DNA of 63,866 nt, the filler included, from Craspedostauros australis (lineage: Eukaryota), in assembly GCA_030167865.1 (NCBI GenBank). It is 12 parts of 12 records of this genome, joined end to end, with 100 filler letters (N's around TTAATTAATTAA, not from the genome) between each part and the next. Parts side by side here need not be neighbours in the genome. Positions count along the whole stretch, not along the records: positions 1 to 9,328 come from JALAGF010003720.1; positions 9,429 to 13,503 come from JALAGF010003721.1; 10 more parts are not named here. The stretch is one strand, 5' to 3'. The position numbers and the translations under genes are program-made. This document shows positions 1 through 12,400 of the stretch, piece after piece. Position 1 is the stretch's first letter, and each line of letters opens with the position of its first letter. Below the pieces are notes generated by a model. The model was not told where the DNA came from. It worked only from the letters and a program-made list of their open reading frames with translations, and searched no databases.

Positions 1-1455
1 GAGAAACAGGAACACTGAAAGCGCACATCTTGATGATGGCTCGGTCAGTACCACGCCATCCACGCAAAGAGGCAAAGCGTCTTTTCTCTTTCGCTGTACT
101 CCGCCGCCACATGAGCTCGTGCCACACTCCGCGCAATCACATGGAGAAGAGCAAAGAGCCATGCAAGGTGTGTGGAGATCCATGCCAACAGCATCAACGC
201 CAAGAGAATGCCATGTTTTCATGACCAAGATCAAGATCAAGACCACAACCATGCTCATGGGTCATCGTCGTGTCAAAAACAAGGAGATGAAACCGAGTAC
301 CGCAGAGCACAACGCAGGGCTCCAATGGCGCGCCAAGCACTTCGAACAGTTCCAACAGGATGGTGAGACCTCCTCTCCGACTGCCGCCGCCGCCTCAACC
401 ATCACCGCCGCACTCTTCTGACAGCAACCACGACCGCAACTGCAACAACCACAAACATGACGAACCAGAGCGCGCGATGGTAAGTGTCAGTACATCTCAG
501 CACTCACTGACACAAGCAAACTTTCATCGTCGGTGTCTTGGAAGCGGAAGCGGAAGTGGAGGTACATGAGAGGGAGAGGCCGAAACACCTTTGGACACCG
601 TTGCCGCGCTGTGATGTCCCCACCATCTCTTGTCATTCTTTGCTTCCGCTTCCTCCTTGGGTCCGGCACTTCGATGATCGACAAAAGACGGGAAGGAGAA
701 GCGCGATTGTTCGTCAGTCTATGCCAGCGGTCGTTTTGATTCGGTTTTGATGCGCCGCACTTCTGGTCAACCCATCTCCTTCGTCAGTTTGCGCTTCCTG
801 TGCTCCTCCTTCTTGTTGCTCCCCCTACTTTTCAACATCATGATCGATTGCCATGCCTCGGTTGTTTCATCTCTTTTCGTCCCCTCCAATTCAGTTCATC
901 GTTCTCGGCTGAATCGCTACAGAGAAAGCATGTCGCAAAACCACTGTAGAAGTGATTTCATATAATATTCTAGGTATGATATAATAGAGAAAATGCCTGC
1001 CCGCACACGAGTACGATGCCAATGCCGATTTCGGTGAATGACAAGCGATCACATGATCATGATCGCCATGGATCAAAGTGATGCCTGCATGAAGAGGGGC
1101 GCCGCGGTGTTGCCTTCCCTTGGGTGAACGCGTCAGCGTACGTCTCTACTACTGCTCGTGAGGCAGACCAGACAGAGACACAGACACGGACACCTCTCCG
1201 CGAGCAAGACCAACGACGAACACAACACTTCGCCCCATGAGATTCCGCAAAGTGTTCGCTGGGGTGTCGACGACTGATCCTTGGCGCTGGCCATCAACGC
1301 CGCGAATGAGAACCTCTCCGCCAACAACAACGAATACTGGCCGAGCTGTTTTTAGCAGCTGGCCGCATCTCCAGGTTCGACTTTTCGACAGCGTTGTCTC
1401 ATTCGGCTTTGTCGCAAGGGTTGGTGGCACCGAGGGAGTGTTCGTTTGCTGAGTT

Positions 1456-1487
1456 GTTGGTTGGTTGGTTGGTTGGTTGGTTGGTTG
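1456..1487. repeat. (GGTT)n microsatellite
   Basis: About 8 perfect GTTG/GGTT units read directly from the sequence. Confidence 0.95.
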
Positions 1488-3628
1488 ACAAACAAACGGC
1501 GTTGTCATGGCACTTGCACGGTACCGCATGTTTTACTTGTACAGACAAATCACATCCTAATAATATGATCCCTTCATCCATCGTTGCTGTGTCAGTCTCT
1601 CTTTTCATGGTCTTATAAATAACACTTGTGCCATTGGCGTCAACGGGTAGATCGTATGTTTGAGATAAGAGCAGCAACAACATCAAAACTATGAGTAGAT
1701 GCAGAGTAACAAAGGAAACGAGTCCGACCATCCCCACAGCAGCGGTCCGCAGTTTGTCGAATGGCGTTCATCCATCGAAACCTCTTGGTTCCACGCACAG
1801 GAGCGATCACAAAGAATCGCAAACATGGACATGGGCCATCATCACAGGAAGGACAGAACCTCGTTCCCAACCCCACAGCTGGCGGTGGCGTCTGTATTCA
1901 CATTGTTTTGCCGCGACGGCGACCAAAATGGTACCATGGGTACCATTGCTCAGCCGCAATCATACCATCCTTCTCCATGAACGATGCGGCGCCAACCACA
2001 TCAAGAGGGCAGAGAATGCCAGAGTGCTTGTCTGATGGGTCGCGGTCATTTTCCCTTGCCACGGTCCCTTCTCCATGCAATCTTCCCCAATGGCACCACC
2101 GACGGCAATGCAACGCGCCTAACCAATCACAACGTCATGAACGCATGGAGGCGCCCGCCTCCTCCAAGTTGATGATACAGAGGTCGCTCCATGAGCCACA
2201 CCAATGCGATGATCAATAATCGACAACCGATAATCGATGATCGTGTCCCATCCCATCTCAGCCCATCCAACTCGGTTGCGTTCACCGAATCGCCACCATG
2301 CCGATGAGCGCGGTGGCAACCAGGCTTCCGGGTTGACGACTTGCTCTATCTCCGAAAACGAGCAAGGGGCGAATAAGTGATCGGCAGCCCGCCGTGCGGT
2401 TTCATCAAGCGATCTGGTGGATATGGTAGACACGTGTACCTGTGAGCACGTATCGCATGTCATGCTTACGCATGTATGGTAGTCCGACATTCCCTCTGAT
2501 GCTGTGCTCCCTTGCGTGATATGACATGTATGAGCAACAACCAGTGCGAGGACTCTCGCACGTACGGAAGACTGGCTTGTCTCGCCTTTGGCCAAACTCA
2601 TCCAGAGGAGCGGCTGGTCTGGCACCCTGCGATTGCGATCTTCCCCTCGACCTTCGCCAACCACCAGCATGCACACATGTACAGATGGAGTAGAGTCTAA
2701 TACTCTGGTATGGATTGGTACATGACACGCGAGATCTGAGGCCACCTGCGTCGCATCTCTCATGCCAGAATGGTGCCTTCTTTGACTTGTTCAATGCAGA
2801 CGATAACAGCATCATCGTGCTCAGTTCCGATCGTGTTCCGCTGGGATGTTGTTGTGTTTTCTGTGATGATGTTGCCTGCCTGGACCTGCCGAGAGTTTCC
2901 GCAATGTGATGTTCGTCATCAAAAGGTATCTTTTGTTTTGGTGTGACAACCCACCTCCGCTGTCACATTCTGTGACAGAAAATTAATACAAACATTCAAG
3001 TCTGAATAAATATGAATAATTGTATTGACATTCTGGATGTCATGCGTTGAATATATAAGTATTCATACATTAATACTTATAATATGCACTCAATTTTTAA
3101 TCGTATCGCCAATGTACGGGCCGGAACTCCCACCTCCCTCCGAACACGAATCATCGCACACCGGTCGGGCATCAACTCGCGCATCATTGGCGCCACCTTA
3201 CCGCCACATCGTGACAAAGTGCCAACCACCAGTACGGGAGGAATACATTGCTCGTCGAGGCTGCCACAAATTGCTGCATCCTCTGACTTTCGTCTGGTTG
3301 TGGAGACGGAGACACGAGAGACGGTGAACATCGGAGTTGTTGCGGAATTGCTGAAGAGTTGCCAGAGTCGTCGTCGAAATCGAGGAGTTCCCATCAATTA
3401 TACCACTGTTGAGATTGTTCGTTGAGTCGTTGAGTCGTTGCATCGTTGAACGGCACACATACGATTACTCGTACTAACATCAAGCAGGCGCCCAGAAGTC
3501 ATCAGGAACTCATTGAAAGCATTCGAGCATTGAAAGCATTCGAGCATTGCACTCATTGAAGTTATCGCACTCATTGAGTTACTGGAGTTATTGGAACAAT
3601 ACTATTGACACAATACGCGCAATCCACG

Positions 3629-4495
3629 ATGGTGTTCGGACTCAAGAAGCTGCATGACGATGTGTTCTGCCTCACGGAGGAGCGGGACTACTTCCAGTCG
3701 AAGTACACGGAGCAGGTGTCCGTCATCCAGGCGCTGCAGGGCGAACTGAAGAGCGCCAAGCGCGAGATCGTGAGGCTTCGCCAGGAGCTGATGCAGACCT
3801 CGGCGAGCGTTGCGGGCATGTCCGCCAACTCCTCGTCACCTCCCTTCGTGGATCAGGTCTCCACGCTCACGACTGACGACATGACTTCCGTTCTGTCGCC
3901 GCCGCAGCATGACGATCCGCTGTCGCCGGGTGCCAAGTCCACCAAATCCGCCAGATCCACAGCGAACGGCAAGGTGGTGCTGTCCACGCCGAATCTGGAC
4001 CTGGGCAAGGCGGACACCGTACGAGCGAAGAACAACGGCAAGGCGCATCGTGTGGCAGAGGATGAAGGTGACGATGAATCATCCTGCCTCACCGATGATC
4101 ATGAGAACGGCGATAGCGGCGCCAAGGATGGTGACAGCGACGATGACAGCAACGATAATGATGATGATGGCCAGGACAGCGACAGCGACAACGACGAGGA
4201 TGAGGACAAGAACGAGGAAGAAGACACAGAGGCACAGGACATTCGGCAATCTGCGGAGAAGCTCCTGCAATGGGCACAGTACCGCACGACACGGCGTTCG
4301 AGTGGGTTGCCTGACATGGTGGGTCTGTCCACGTCCTCTGTCCTGAGCGGAGGCAGCACGCATACCAGAAATACGTATGCCAGCGATTTCCTTGAAGAGA
4401 AGAAGGAAGACTCTGACGCCAATCGTCAACCGTCCGTTGGTGCCAAGGATGGAACCGAAGTCAACCTGACGGAGCAATTCAACGAGGTTGCATGA
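3629..4495 (+). CDS. Hypothetical protein with N-terminal coiled coil and Asp/Glu-rich disordered region (288 aa)
   Basis: First ATG at 3629. GC3-rich codon usage. Heptad segment LTEERDYFQSKYTEQVSVIQALQGELKSAKREIVRLRQEL, an acidic tract, and a short helix IRQSAEKLLQWAQYR. Confidence 0.8.
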   Translation: MVFGLKKLHDDVFCLTEERDYFQSKYTEQVSVIQALQGELKSAKREIVRLRQELMQTSASVAGMSANSSSPPFVDQVSTLTTDDMTSVLSPPQHDDPLSPGAKSTKSARSTANGKVVLSTPNLDLGKADTVRAKNNGKAHRVAEDEGDDESSCLTDDHENGDSGAKDGDSDDDSNDNDDDGQDSDSDNDEDEDKNEEEDTEAQDIRQSAEKLLQWAQYRTTRRSSGLPDMVGLSTSSVLSGGSTHTRNTYASDFLEEKKEDSDANRQPSVGAKDGTEVNLTEQFNEVA

Positions 4496-5246
4496 GTGTG
4501 TGCGTTTCATCACTAGCAAGCTCCAGTCGCATAATATGGCAGTGTACGATTCGATTGTACTCGTACCGTGTGGTGTTAACGTCAGTTTTAATTGAATACA
4601 ACAAGCAGTAGCATGGAATGCTCCACGTGATTGCATCCAAACAACGAATGCTTTCGGATGACAAGCGGAGCGTTTGTGTTCGTTGTGTGGTGTTCGTTGA
4701 TCGTGTTGGGTGCCACGCTGGAGTTATACAGATGATCGACAGGGATGGTTGTAGCCATTGCCCTAGACTGGACAGCATGTGAGTTGTGAAATACTTATAA
4801 TATTCTTTGTTGGTTGCATTGGATTGTTGTTGCTTCTTTAGCAGAGGCGGTGGTGCTTTGAGCGCCAAGCTCGCGTTCTGGCGCAATGGGAAACGAGCTG
4901 CGGATGATGGCCTTTGTCTTGGACATGGTTGTGAAAATCCTCTTGTTGCTACTCGTATGCACGCTTGTTGGATGCGATGGTTGGGGCTGGCGGCCTTGTG
5001 GTGAATGCTTACACCTGGTTGTCGAAGCACATAGCTGGCGGCCATGCACTCCCACCTGCACAGCAACGATGCTGGTTTGATCACGATGCATTCATCGACA
5101 CCTTTCGTCCAACGAAGCGACTGATGGATGGTGCCGATCCCGATACACGAAGAAGCGATCTGGTTGGTTGATGCCGTGGCAGAATCGCTGACTGAAGATA
5201 TCGGAGGCCTTCGTCGACTGGATGCACTCTGCACCACAACGTAGAA

Positions 5247-5879
5247 TCAATGCTTCGGTATCGATAGCAGCGTGGGACAATACCCCAGTTTGGCTTGGAT
5301 GGTTGCCCAGATCCACTTGATGTCCGTGGTCTCCGCGTCAGAAAGTCGAATCATGACGACTCGCTTGTTGGGCATGGATCCTGGAAGGAACTTCATCATC
5401 GTCGGCTTCCGCGAGGCATCCGACTTGACCACGGGCTGCTCATTCTCCTTGTCATCGCTCGCTGACGCGTCTGGAAGTTGCAAGCGGACCGAAACCTCAA
5501 TGTCATCGTCCAGCTTGAGGTTTTCGCTCTTGATGGGAAGGCGCGCTGCTTCATCGCGCAGCCGGATGAGGAACCGGCCTGATGCCTGGGTGAAGCGAAG
5601 GATCGTTCCCACCTTGCCGTCGAGATGGCGACCAATCTGCGTGGTTCCCATCCCGTGGATCGTCACTGTGTCACCGATCTGAAAGAGCGCATCGTGATTC
5701 CACTGTGCCATCCGGACGCCGCCGTTCGCATCCGGCACGAAATGCGTCATGGTGCCTTCTTTCGGCCACTGCAAGCCATGTGATTTCGGCTGCGCCGGTG
5801 GCGCCTGCTGCTGTTGGAAATGCGGCATGGTTCTCGTGTGGTGGACGAGTATTTCGCTTTGCTTGGCTGGGTCGCTCAT
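5247..5879 (-). CDS. Hypothetical protein with KOW/SH3-like domain; 3' end uncertain (possible extra intron)
   Basis: FQIGDTVTIHGM...LDGKVGTILRFTQASGRFLIRL...LPIKSENLKL matches the KOW-like module common in algal proteins. ATG at 5879. Confidence 0.6.
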   Translation of the reverse strand: MSDPAKQSEILVHHTRTMPHFQQQQAPPAQPKSHGLQWPKEGTMTHFVPDANGGVRMAQWNHDALFQIGDTVTIHGMGTTQIGRHLDGKVGTILRFTQASGRFLIRLRDEAARLPIKSENLKLDDDIEVSVRLQLPDASASDDKENEQPVVKSDASRKPTMMKFLPGSMPNKRVVMIRLSDAETTDIKWIWATIQAKLGYCPTLLSIPKH

Positions 5880-6794
5880 CTGCGATGCGGCGAAGAAGCA
5901 CTGAGGCAGCGCTCTATGATTCGTGGTGCACTGGTGGCTGTTGAGAATGCACAATCCATCCACCACAATGGCCGTCACTGGGGCTGCGAGTGCGATGAAG
6001 CGTTGGCGGGAGGTTGAGTCGACTTCATGTGTGCACGAGTACTTGTATTGCACTTCTTGCCACAAGCGCACGAATTGGTATCTTGGCAACGTCTCGATTC
6101 TGGCGTGTTGTTGTTTCGCAGCCGTCGTGGGCGGAATCGTGGAGCGTGTTTCACATCACGCAAACTGAGCAAGATCCAAGTTCTTCGCTCTGTCGTGTTC
6201 CCCTTGCCACCATTCTCTTCCCTTTCTGTTCCGTCCAACCAAGACAAGGGAGGAATTGGCGCCAAAATGAGAACTGTGCGAACATCACATGTTCGCACGC
6301 ATCGGAACCAGAATACTGCTGATCATCTGCATGTACATGGTGGCGTTTCGTCTGTACGCGATGGCTCCCGCGAACAGTCCGGTTTGATGCAATCAGATCT
6401 TCATCGCCCACCCAAGGTGTTGTCTTGCGGTAGAGTCGTCTTTTTCATGTGAGTTTGGTCCGACTACACAACAACAGCTTTGAAAGTCTGTGGGTAGCTC
6501 GTGTCTTACCACTACATGATGCATTACTTTATCACATGTACCATATCCATTCCTCTACAATAATTCTCCCATCCTCAGCACGTGTTGGTGCCTTGATATG
6601 CTCGCACCCCGCGACGCACACGCGCACGCATCCACAGTCGTACTTTCAGACGCAGATTGGTGATTCATCTGTCTGATTGAGTGCGTGAGTGACTAACAAT
6701 GTGCCTGAGCTGCGCGCGTTGCAGCAGCGGCAGAACTAACCTTTCGCCCACCCTGCGCGATGGGCTGCGTTGTTCATTCCTGAACCAGCCATCA

Positions 6795-8330
6795 TCATTG
6801 GATGGTGCAGCATCCTCCGCCTTCTGAGCTGGGCCCGCATCCAACCTGTTCTGTGTCGATGATCAACTCCGGACTTGGGTCGCTCTGGTCTGATCCGGAC
6901 ATGGCCACCAGTCTGAGGCAGTACGTCGTGCCTGGTTCTAGACCGTCAGCCACAATGGTGAACTTCTTGTCGCTGCCTTCGACTACCTCTCTTCCGAAGT
7001 CCGCCCACTCTTGTTCCACTCGCTTCCACTGCAGCTCGTATGATGTGATGCTGTTGATTGGATTGAATTCAATCGATATTGTCGTCTGAAGTTGTGGTTA
7101 TGATGCATGCCACAGAAAGGGAAGTGTTGCCGCATGTGGTGAACACAGAAGGCGTGGAATAGGACACAATGGGTTTCAATGATTCATAGGAAGTACGTGT
7201 GATGGGACACAGCAAGCAGCAAGAAAAAGGAACAGAGTTGTGATGAGGGGCAGCGGAGACGACGATGATGATGGATGGTGATGACAACCACGAATGTTGT
7301 TGCTGTCTTCCTTTGCTTTGTTGCTTCATCGCATCAAAACTGTCGACATGCGAACGGTGATCATCCGTTTCTCCCTTCGTGATGGGCAGAATGCCTGCTC
7401 TCGTGTGCGTGCGCGCATGTGCAAGCTGCGCTGCTCATGTTTGGATTGTTTCTCTGATACTATCTAACATGTTGGAGTCGTCATGATTGCGTTTCCGTCC
7501 AAGGAGTCTAAACAAGGGTTTCGTCACTGAAACTTTACCGAACATGAGCAGAACAACGGATGCCCCCTTTCCACTGACTCTCATCGTACTTTGTTCCGCC
7601 TCGCCTCGTCTCATGCTCCGCCTGCTCTCGTGTCGTTGGCTCCTCGGATAAATCTCTTATAATGGAATCGTCATTTCAATGTCGATCTGGTTTGAACAAG
7701 GTTGTCCTCATTGAAGCGTGGCCTTGCGCTTGATGCCGAAGAGATTACAGGCGGATAGCGAGAGAGAGAGAGAGCGAGGGAGTGGTACATAGGAAGATGA
7801 AGAGGACCAAACGGGAGACACCGCAAGGACGATGGATGGGCGCAGCGTTGATATTGTCTGAAGGTTCACCATACGAGTGCCAGGGCAGACAATGAGATTC
7901 CTCTCGCGGAGCCACCAACGCCGCGGGTCGCACAAGTTCATCAATCGTATGCATCTTCCTCCGCAAATGTAATGTATTATAACAGAATGGATCAGCATAA
8001 CATGGCCTCGGGCCTTGTTGTTCAGCAATCTCATGTAGAACCCATCATCGGAAGATGTTGATTGGTGAACTGTGTTGTGATTCGCGACATAGGCTTGGAT
8101 AGCGTCGTTGCTTGCGGCGTGGCCGTGGGAGGAGAAGTCCATTGTGCATCGGCATGTCACTCTGCCATGCGAAGCCAGAGCAGAGCGTGCGACCAAACCA
8201 TGATCTGCAATTTCAAGCACATCGGCCATTACGCGACGCACACCGCGGCGAGACACATCCCGTCAGCGCATCACTTACTCACCTCGGTCGCTTCCTTAAA
8301 CGTCGGCTTGGGTGGGGTTGGGACCGACAT
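6795..8330 (-). CDS. Single fibronectin type III domain protein with C-terminal CaaX box (112 aa); exons 8330-8283 and 7085-6795
   Basis: Exon 1 MSVPTPPKPTFKEATE ends at a GTGAGT donor and joins in phase 0 at a TTCAG acceptor to TTISIEF...YELQW...GLEPGTTYCLRLVA...SDPS, a complete FN3 signature. The protein ends GGGCCTIQ*. Confidence 0.8.
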
Positions 8331-8614
8331 GGTTGTACGATTTGCCGCGAATTGTTATCTGTTGCCTGGAGACAGCAACGGGATGAGCTGGTGTTGGTGT
8401 CGATGTTGATGTCGGTGTTGGTGTGGAGGATTTGCTTTTGGATTGTTGCTGTTTGGTTTTGTGATTGGTTTTGCGTTGAGGATTCGATTTGCGTTCGTTG
8501 GCCACAAACAACGCGATGGGTCAGTCCGGAAGCGATGCTCACTGTTGTTGGTTTGTTTGCGACGATTGGTTGCCTGCAAGCACAGTCGTGATTCGGAATT
8601 GTTTCGTTAAATAA

Positions 8615-9328
8615 TACTCCCTTAGTTTTAATTTATAGACTTGTGCAGTATGTGAGATAGTCTAATTTCGTAGAGAAGGGTATGTCCATGTCCACAGATC
8701 GCCCCCGCAGCGTCGCGATCATCTTGCGCATGCACACCCATTTCCCCTTGGGGTAGCGTCGCTGGCTGTTGATCCTGTTATCCTCAGAGAACAAGAGGGC
8801 AACGGGATGTGTTCGAGGCAATGGTCTCCGCACGAACAGATTCGTGCCAGACACACCACACGAGTAGCCTGACGTTTCGTTCCAAGTCGACCGATGAGCA
8901 GGAGAGACGCTTCTGATTTCGATGTCGCCAGTGCGCTTTCTCGTGCCCTCGGAGAGCAACGGAGCAGCATCATTCCCGAAGCACATCACGTTGCTCTGTC
9001 CAGACAATGCGGTCTTGGCAAGTCTGTGTCACTGGTCCGTGTTGGCGTTTTGCTCTCGCGCATGCGGTATTTGAAATTTATGAGAAGGATACCTCCATTC
9101 GGGAGGAACATCACGAAGGGGATCTTGTTGATCTTGGGCAGTGCCGCTCGAGAAAGCACGGCCTGCGGGAGCACACCACCAGGACAATACTCCCACCAAA
9201 ACTGCATGGAGGAGTGAAGTGAAAACAAGCAAAGAGTAAGCTACTGCCTCAAAGAGCCGGACCCCAAAAATTGGTTACAATTGGTTACAATTGGTTACAA
9301 TTGGTTACAGATTTTGGATCCAATTTTC
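8615..9328. mobile_element. Possible Tc1/mariner (Stowaway-like) element terminus, truncated by contig end
   Basis: TA followed by CTCCCTTAGTTTTAATTTATAGAC resembles Stowaway/DD39D-mariner TIRs (TA-CTCCCTCCGT...). No partner TIR or transposase is visible. Confidence 0.3.
9269..9308. repeat. Tandem repeat (AATTGGTTAC)x4
   Basis: Four perfect 10-bp units just before the contig end. Confidence 0.95.
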
Positions 9329-9428
9329 NNNNNNNNNNNNNNNNNNNNNNNNNNNNNNNNNNNNNNNNNNNNTTAATTAATTAANNNNNNNNNNNNNNNN
9401 NNNNNNNNNNNNNNNNNNNNNNNNNNNN
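9329..9428. other. Artificial contig linker (N44-TTAATTAATTAA-N44), recurring 11 times
   Basis: The identical six-frame-stop linker starts at 9329, 13504, 17685, 36846, 41402, 43949, 46476, 48538, 50600, 52662 and 60384. Confidence 0.98.
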
Positions 9429-9429
9429 G

Positions 9430-12400
9430 CGAAGAACCAACCAAGCGGGGGATCTTGTATCACCAGTGGCCGCCGCAGGCCGGCAAGTCAGCAAGGGGGC
9501 GTTCTCACGGATGACGTCTCCAGGAGCCTACGCAAGTGGAAACTCGGGAGAGATGAGCAGGCAAGATCGCAGCAGTCCATTCTCGCCATCGGCCAGCAAG
9601 TCCGGAGCTGTGCCCCAACTTCCATATGGTTCATCCCTTGCAAGCAACCAGAACGCCGACAGAACCTCCGAAGCTCTGTACCGAAAAATTCTCCTCGAAG
9701 ACGAGCAGACTACCATCACTGGCGACGATGGCGCTGGAACCAACAGCCGTGGAGACACCATCCCATCATCGGCAGCAGGCAGCAAACCCATCTTCTCGCA
9801 AATGGTGGAAAGCCAGGGACATTCGAACAGCGACCTCTTGCACATGTCGTTCGACAGTCGTCCTCCCAGCGCGAAAGCTGGCCGCCAAGACTCTCAGATT
9901 GGCGCATTCCAGGCGTCACCGACTCCCAACAGCTTTGATGCGCACGAGGCTGAACGGCTTGATGGTGGCGTTTTCGACCCGTTGGTTAGAGATGTTTCAA
10001 CAGAACGGGACGATACGAAACCCAAGAAGGTCCTACCGCAGGCGGTGCTTCTGCAGGCGGACCCAGTCACGCCGGATGGCGAAATGCAGAAGGATGTTAC
10101 CGACGCTGAACGTCAGAAGATCCGGGAGGAGGCAGAGGAAAATGCCCGCAAGAAGGTCGAAGGAACTGTGGTGCATGCCACGATGGCAGAGGATGTGATC
10201 GATATCAACGCGACATCTTCCGACAAGCAACGGTCCAAGTCGATCATCATCTGCGTCGTCTGCCTCATCTTGATCGGCGTCATTGTTGGCATCGTCGTCG
10301 GCGTTCAATCCAACTCGTCGGATTCATCGTCGTCGGCGACGAACCCAACTGACAATGGCGGCAGCGGCGGCGCAACATCACCTCCCACCAAAAGTCCAGT
10401 CGAAACGATGCCGCCGACGACCATGCCGCCGACATTCTTCCCGATCATCGACACCGACGCACCATGCACATCCAACAGCTTCTGCGAGTGCGCTCTGGAC
10501 ATCAACGAAACCGACATTGGCGAATTCCTGTTCGGAAGCACCGCCGGTGCAACAACTGATGCAGTCAGCACGTGCGGAGGCATCTCAAGGAACGGTGCAG
10601 GTGTTTGGTATCGAATGAAAAGTAGCTCCTTCACGGATGCGAACGGCACTACCCCAACAGACGTAAACACGCCGGCCCCACGCATTTTCATGGCGTCGCT
10701 TTGTGCATCACCGCCTTCCGAACAAGGCACCGATTATGACAGCCAGATTTCGATCTTCGCGGGTGATCGATGTGATCGACTGCAGTGCGTCGCGGGCAAT
10801 GATCAAGGTGGCGTTGAATGTAACGACAAGAGCCGCGCATCGTTTGTCCTCAATGGCAATGTCGACGAATCGTACTACATCTATGTCCATGGCTTTCGTT
10901 CATCTCGCGGTCACTTCGCCATGGAAGTCTCCGAACTGCCGAGCAGCTCCCGGTGCGAGGATGCCGTCTTCGTTCCTGCATCAACGGACTCAGTGATATC
11001 CTCAACTAAGAGCGGAATCGTCCAGCCTCCGAAAGTTGGGGATTGTGGCAGTGCCGTTTCCACTGCGCCCGGAGTGTGGTTCGAACTGGCTTTCGATTCC
11101 TTTCTTATCGATTTGGGATTCGCCGTTGACGTGATAGCGACTCCTATCACTGATGGATTCATTCCACAAGTTTCCCTGTTTGAGGGTGGCAGCTGTGATG
11201 AATCGCAATGCATCAGTGGCAGAGTGGGGATCGCTTCCGTCGTGCCCAACGCTGACGGTCGCTACTTCGCCTTGGTGCATGGAGCCGGCAACACTGTTGG
11301 CGATTTTGTACTCTCGGTCCCGAAATTTGGTTCTGCAAACGAAGACAGGAAGGCACCACCAGATCCAGTGTTCTGTGCCTCACCAATCGGGCTTCCCATC
11401 GGATCGAGCGTCTCCACCACCCTCGAGGGGCTAGTTCCAGAGGTTGATCCCGTCGTATCATGCGGAAACGACGTTCTCATCGACACCAGAGGCAGTTTCT
11501 TTGATGCCTACCGAGGAAATTGGTTCAACACGACTGGCACAGGCTCCATTCTGCGTGCATCAACGTGCAACGCAAAGACCAAGATCAACACCAAAATCAG
11601 CGTGTTCACTGGGACATGTGGAGATCTGCAATGCATCGATGCCAATGATGATGCATCCACGTTCCTGCGTGCTGAAAACGACGAGGACAGTGAGAACGAA
11701 TTCTGCAGCGTGTTGGAGTGGTACGCACATGAAGGAGTGGAGTACAAGCTCATTGGTACGTGAGACTTGCATTGTTGCGAGTTGGATGCCTTTTGCTTCT
11801 GATTCCGTGCACGGAATTCCACTGCTTGTGTCCCGATTGCCTGTATCTCCTTCAAGTACGTTGGTCAACGATTCTTCTCACCTTTCACAACCACCTGCTT
11901 TCCATGAACTGGATGACTCTTGCTGTACATCTACTCGTATCACGCGACATGCCTCTCACCAAAATAGTTCACACACCAGAAGACCGATCACCCAACAAAT
12001 TCGATTGCACAATCACACTGCGGGAAGTGGATCCATCTTCAAACCAGACATGCCAAACGGCAACCGCAATCCCGACGGATGGGACCACCACCATCGGAGT
12101 GCTACATCCAACCATCAAGACAGTGGAAGAGATGCCTCCCACCATTCCCATCATTTCCGATGACACACACATAGTCACAGAATCGGACGATCACGATGAG
12201 TACCTCTTCTGGTACAGCGTCAAGGGAACCGGCCAACCGCTCACAGCATCCACATGCCATCCAGGATCCATGCTGCTGCAAACATCTACATCCACATCCA
12301 CATCCACATCGATCTTCATCTTTGCTAACGATGGCAACACGGCATCCTGTGACAACCTCCGCCAGCTCATCGATGTGACCTCAGCAAGTCCATCGCCAGA

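Noticed and set aside
1456..1487. Telomeric repeat
   Set aside because: It is a short internal (GGTT)n microsatellite, not TTAGGG-like and not terminal.
1..3600. Genes or structured RNAs in the first 3.6 kb (also 25800-27400 and 60484-61300)
   Set aside because: Only short ORFs without recognisable motifs or codon bias. No tRNA cloverleaf, rRNA or snRNA signature was recognised.
7640..7715. Possible intronic C/D snoRNA (minus strand ATGAGGA...CAGA...ATGACGA...CCGA with short 18S-like complementarity)
   Set aside because: The boxes are non-canonical and the 9-10-nt matches are not positioned directly before a D/D' box. Not supportable without Infernal or snoscan.
7708..8256. 182-aa ORF
   Set aside because: It lies inside the inferred FN3 intron, has no ATG start or codon bias, and includes a microsatellite.
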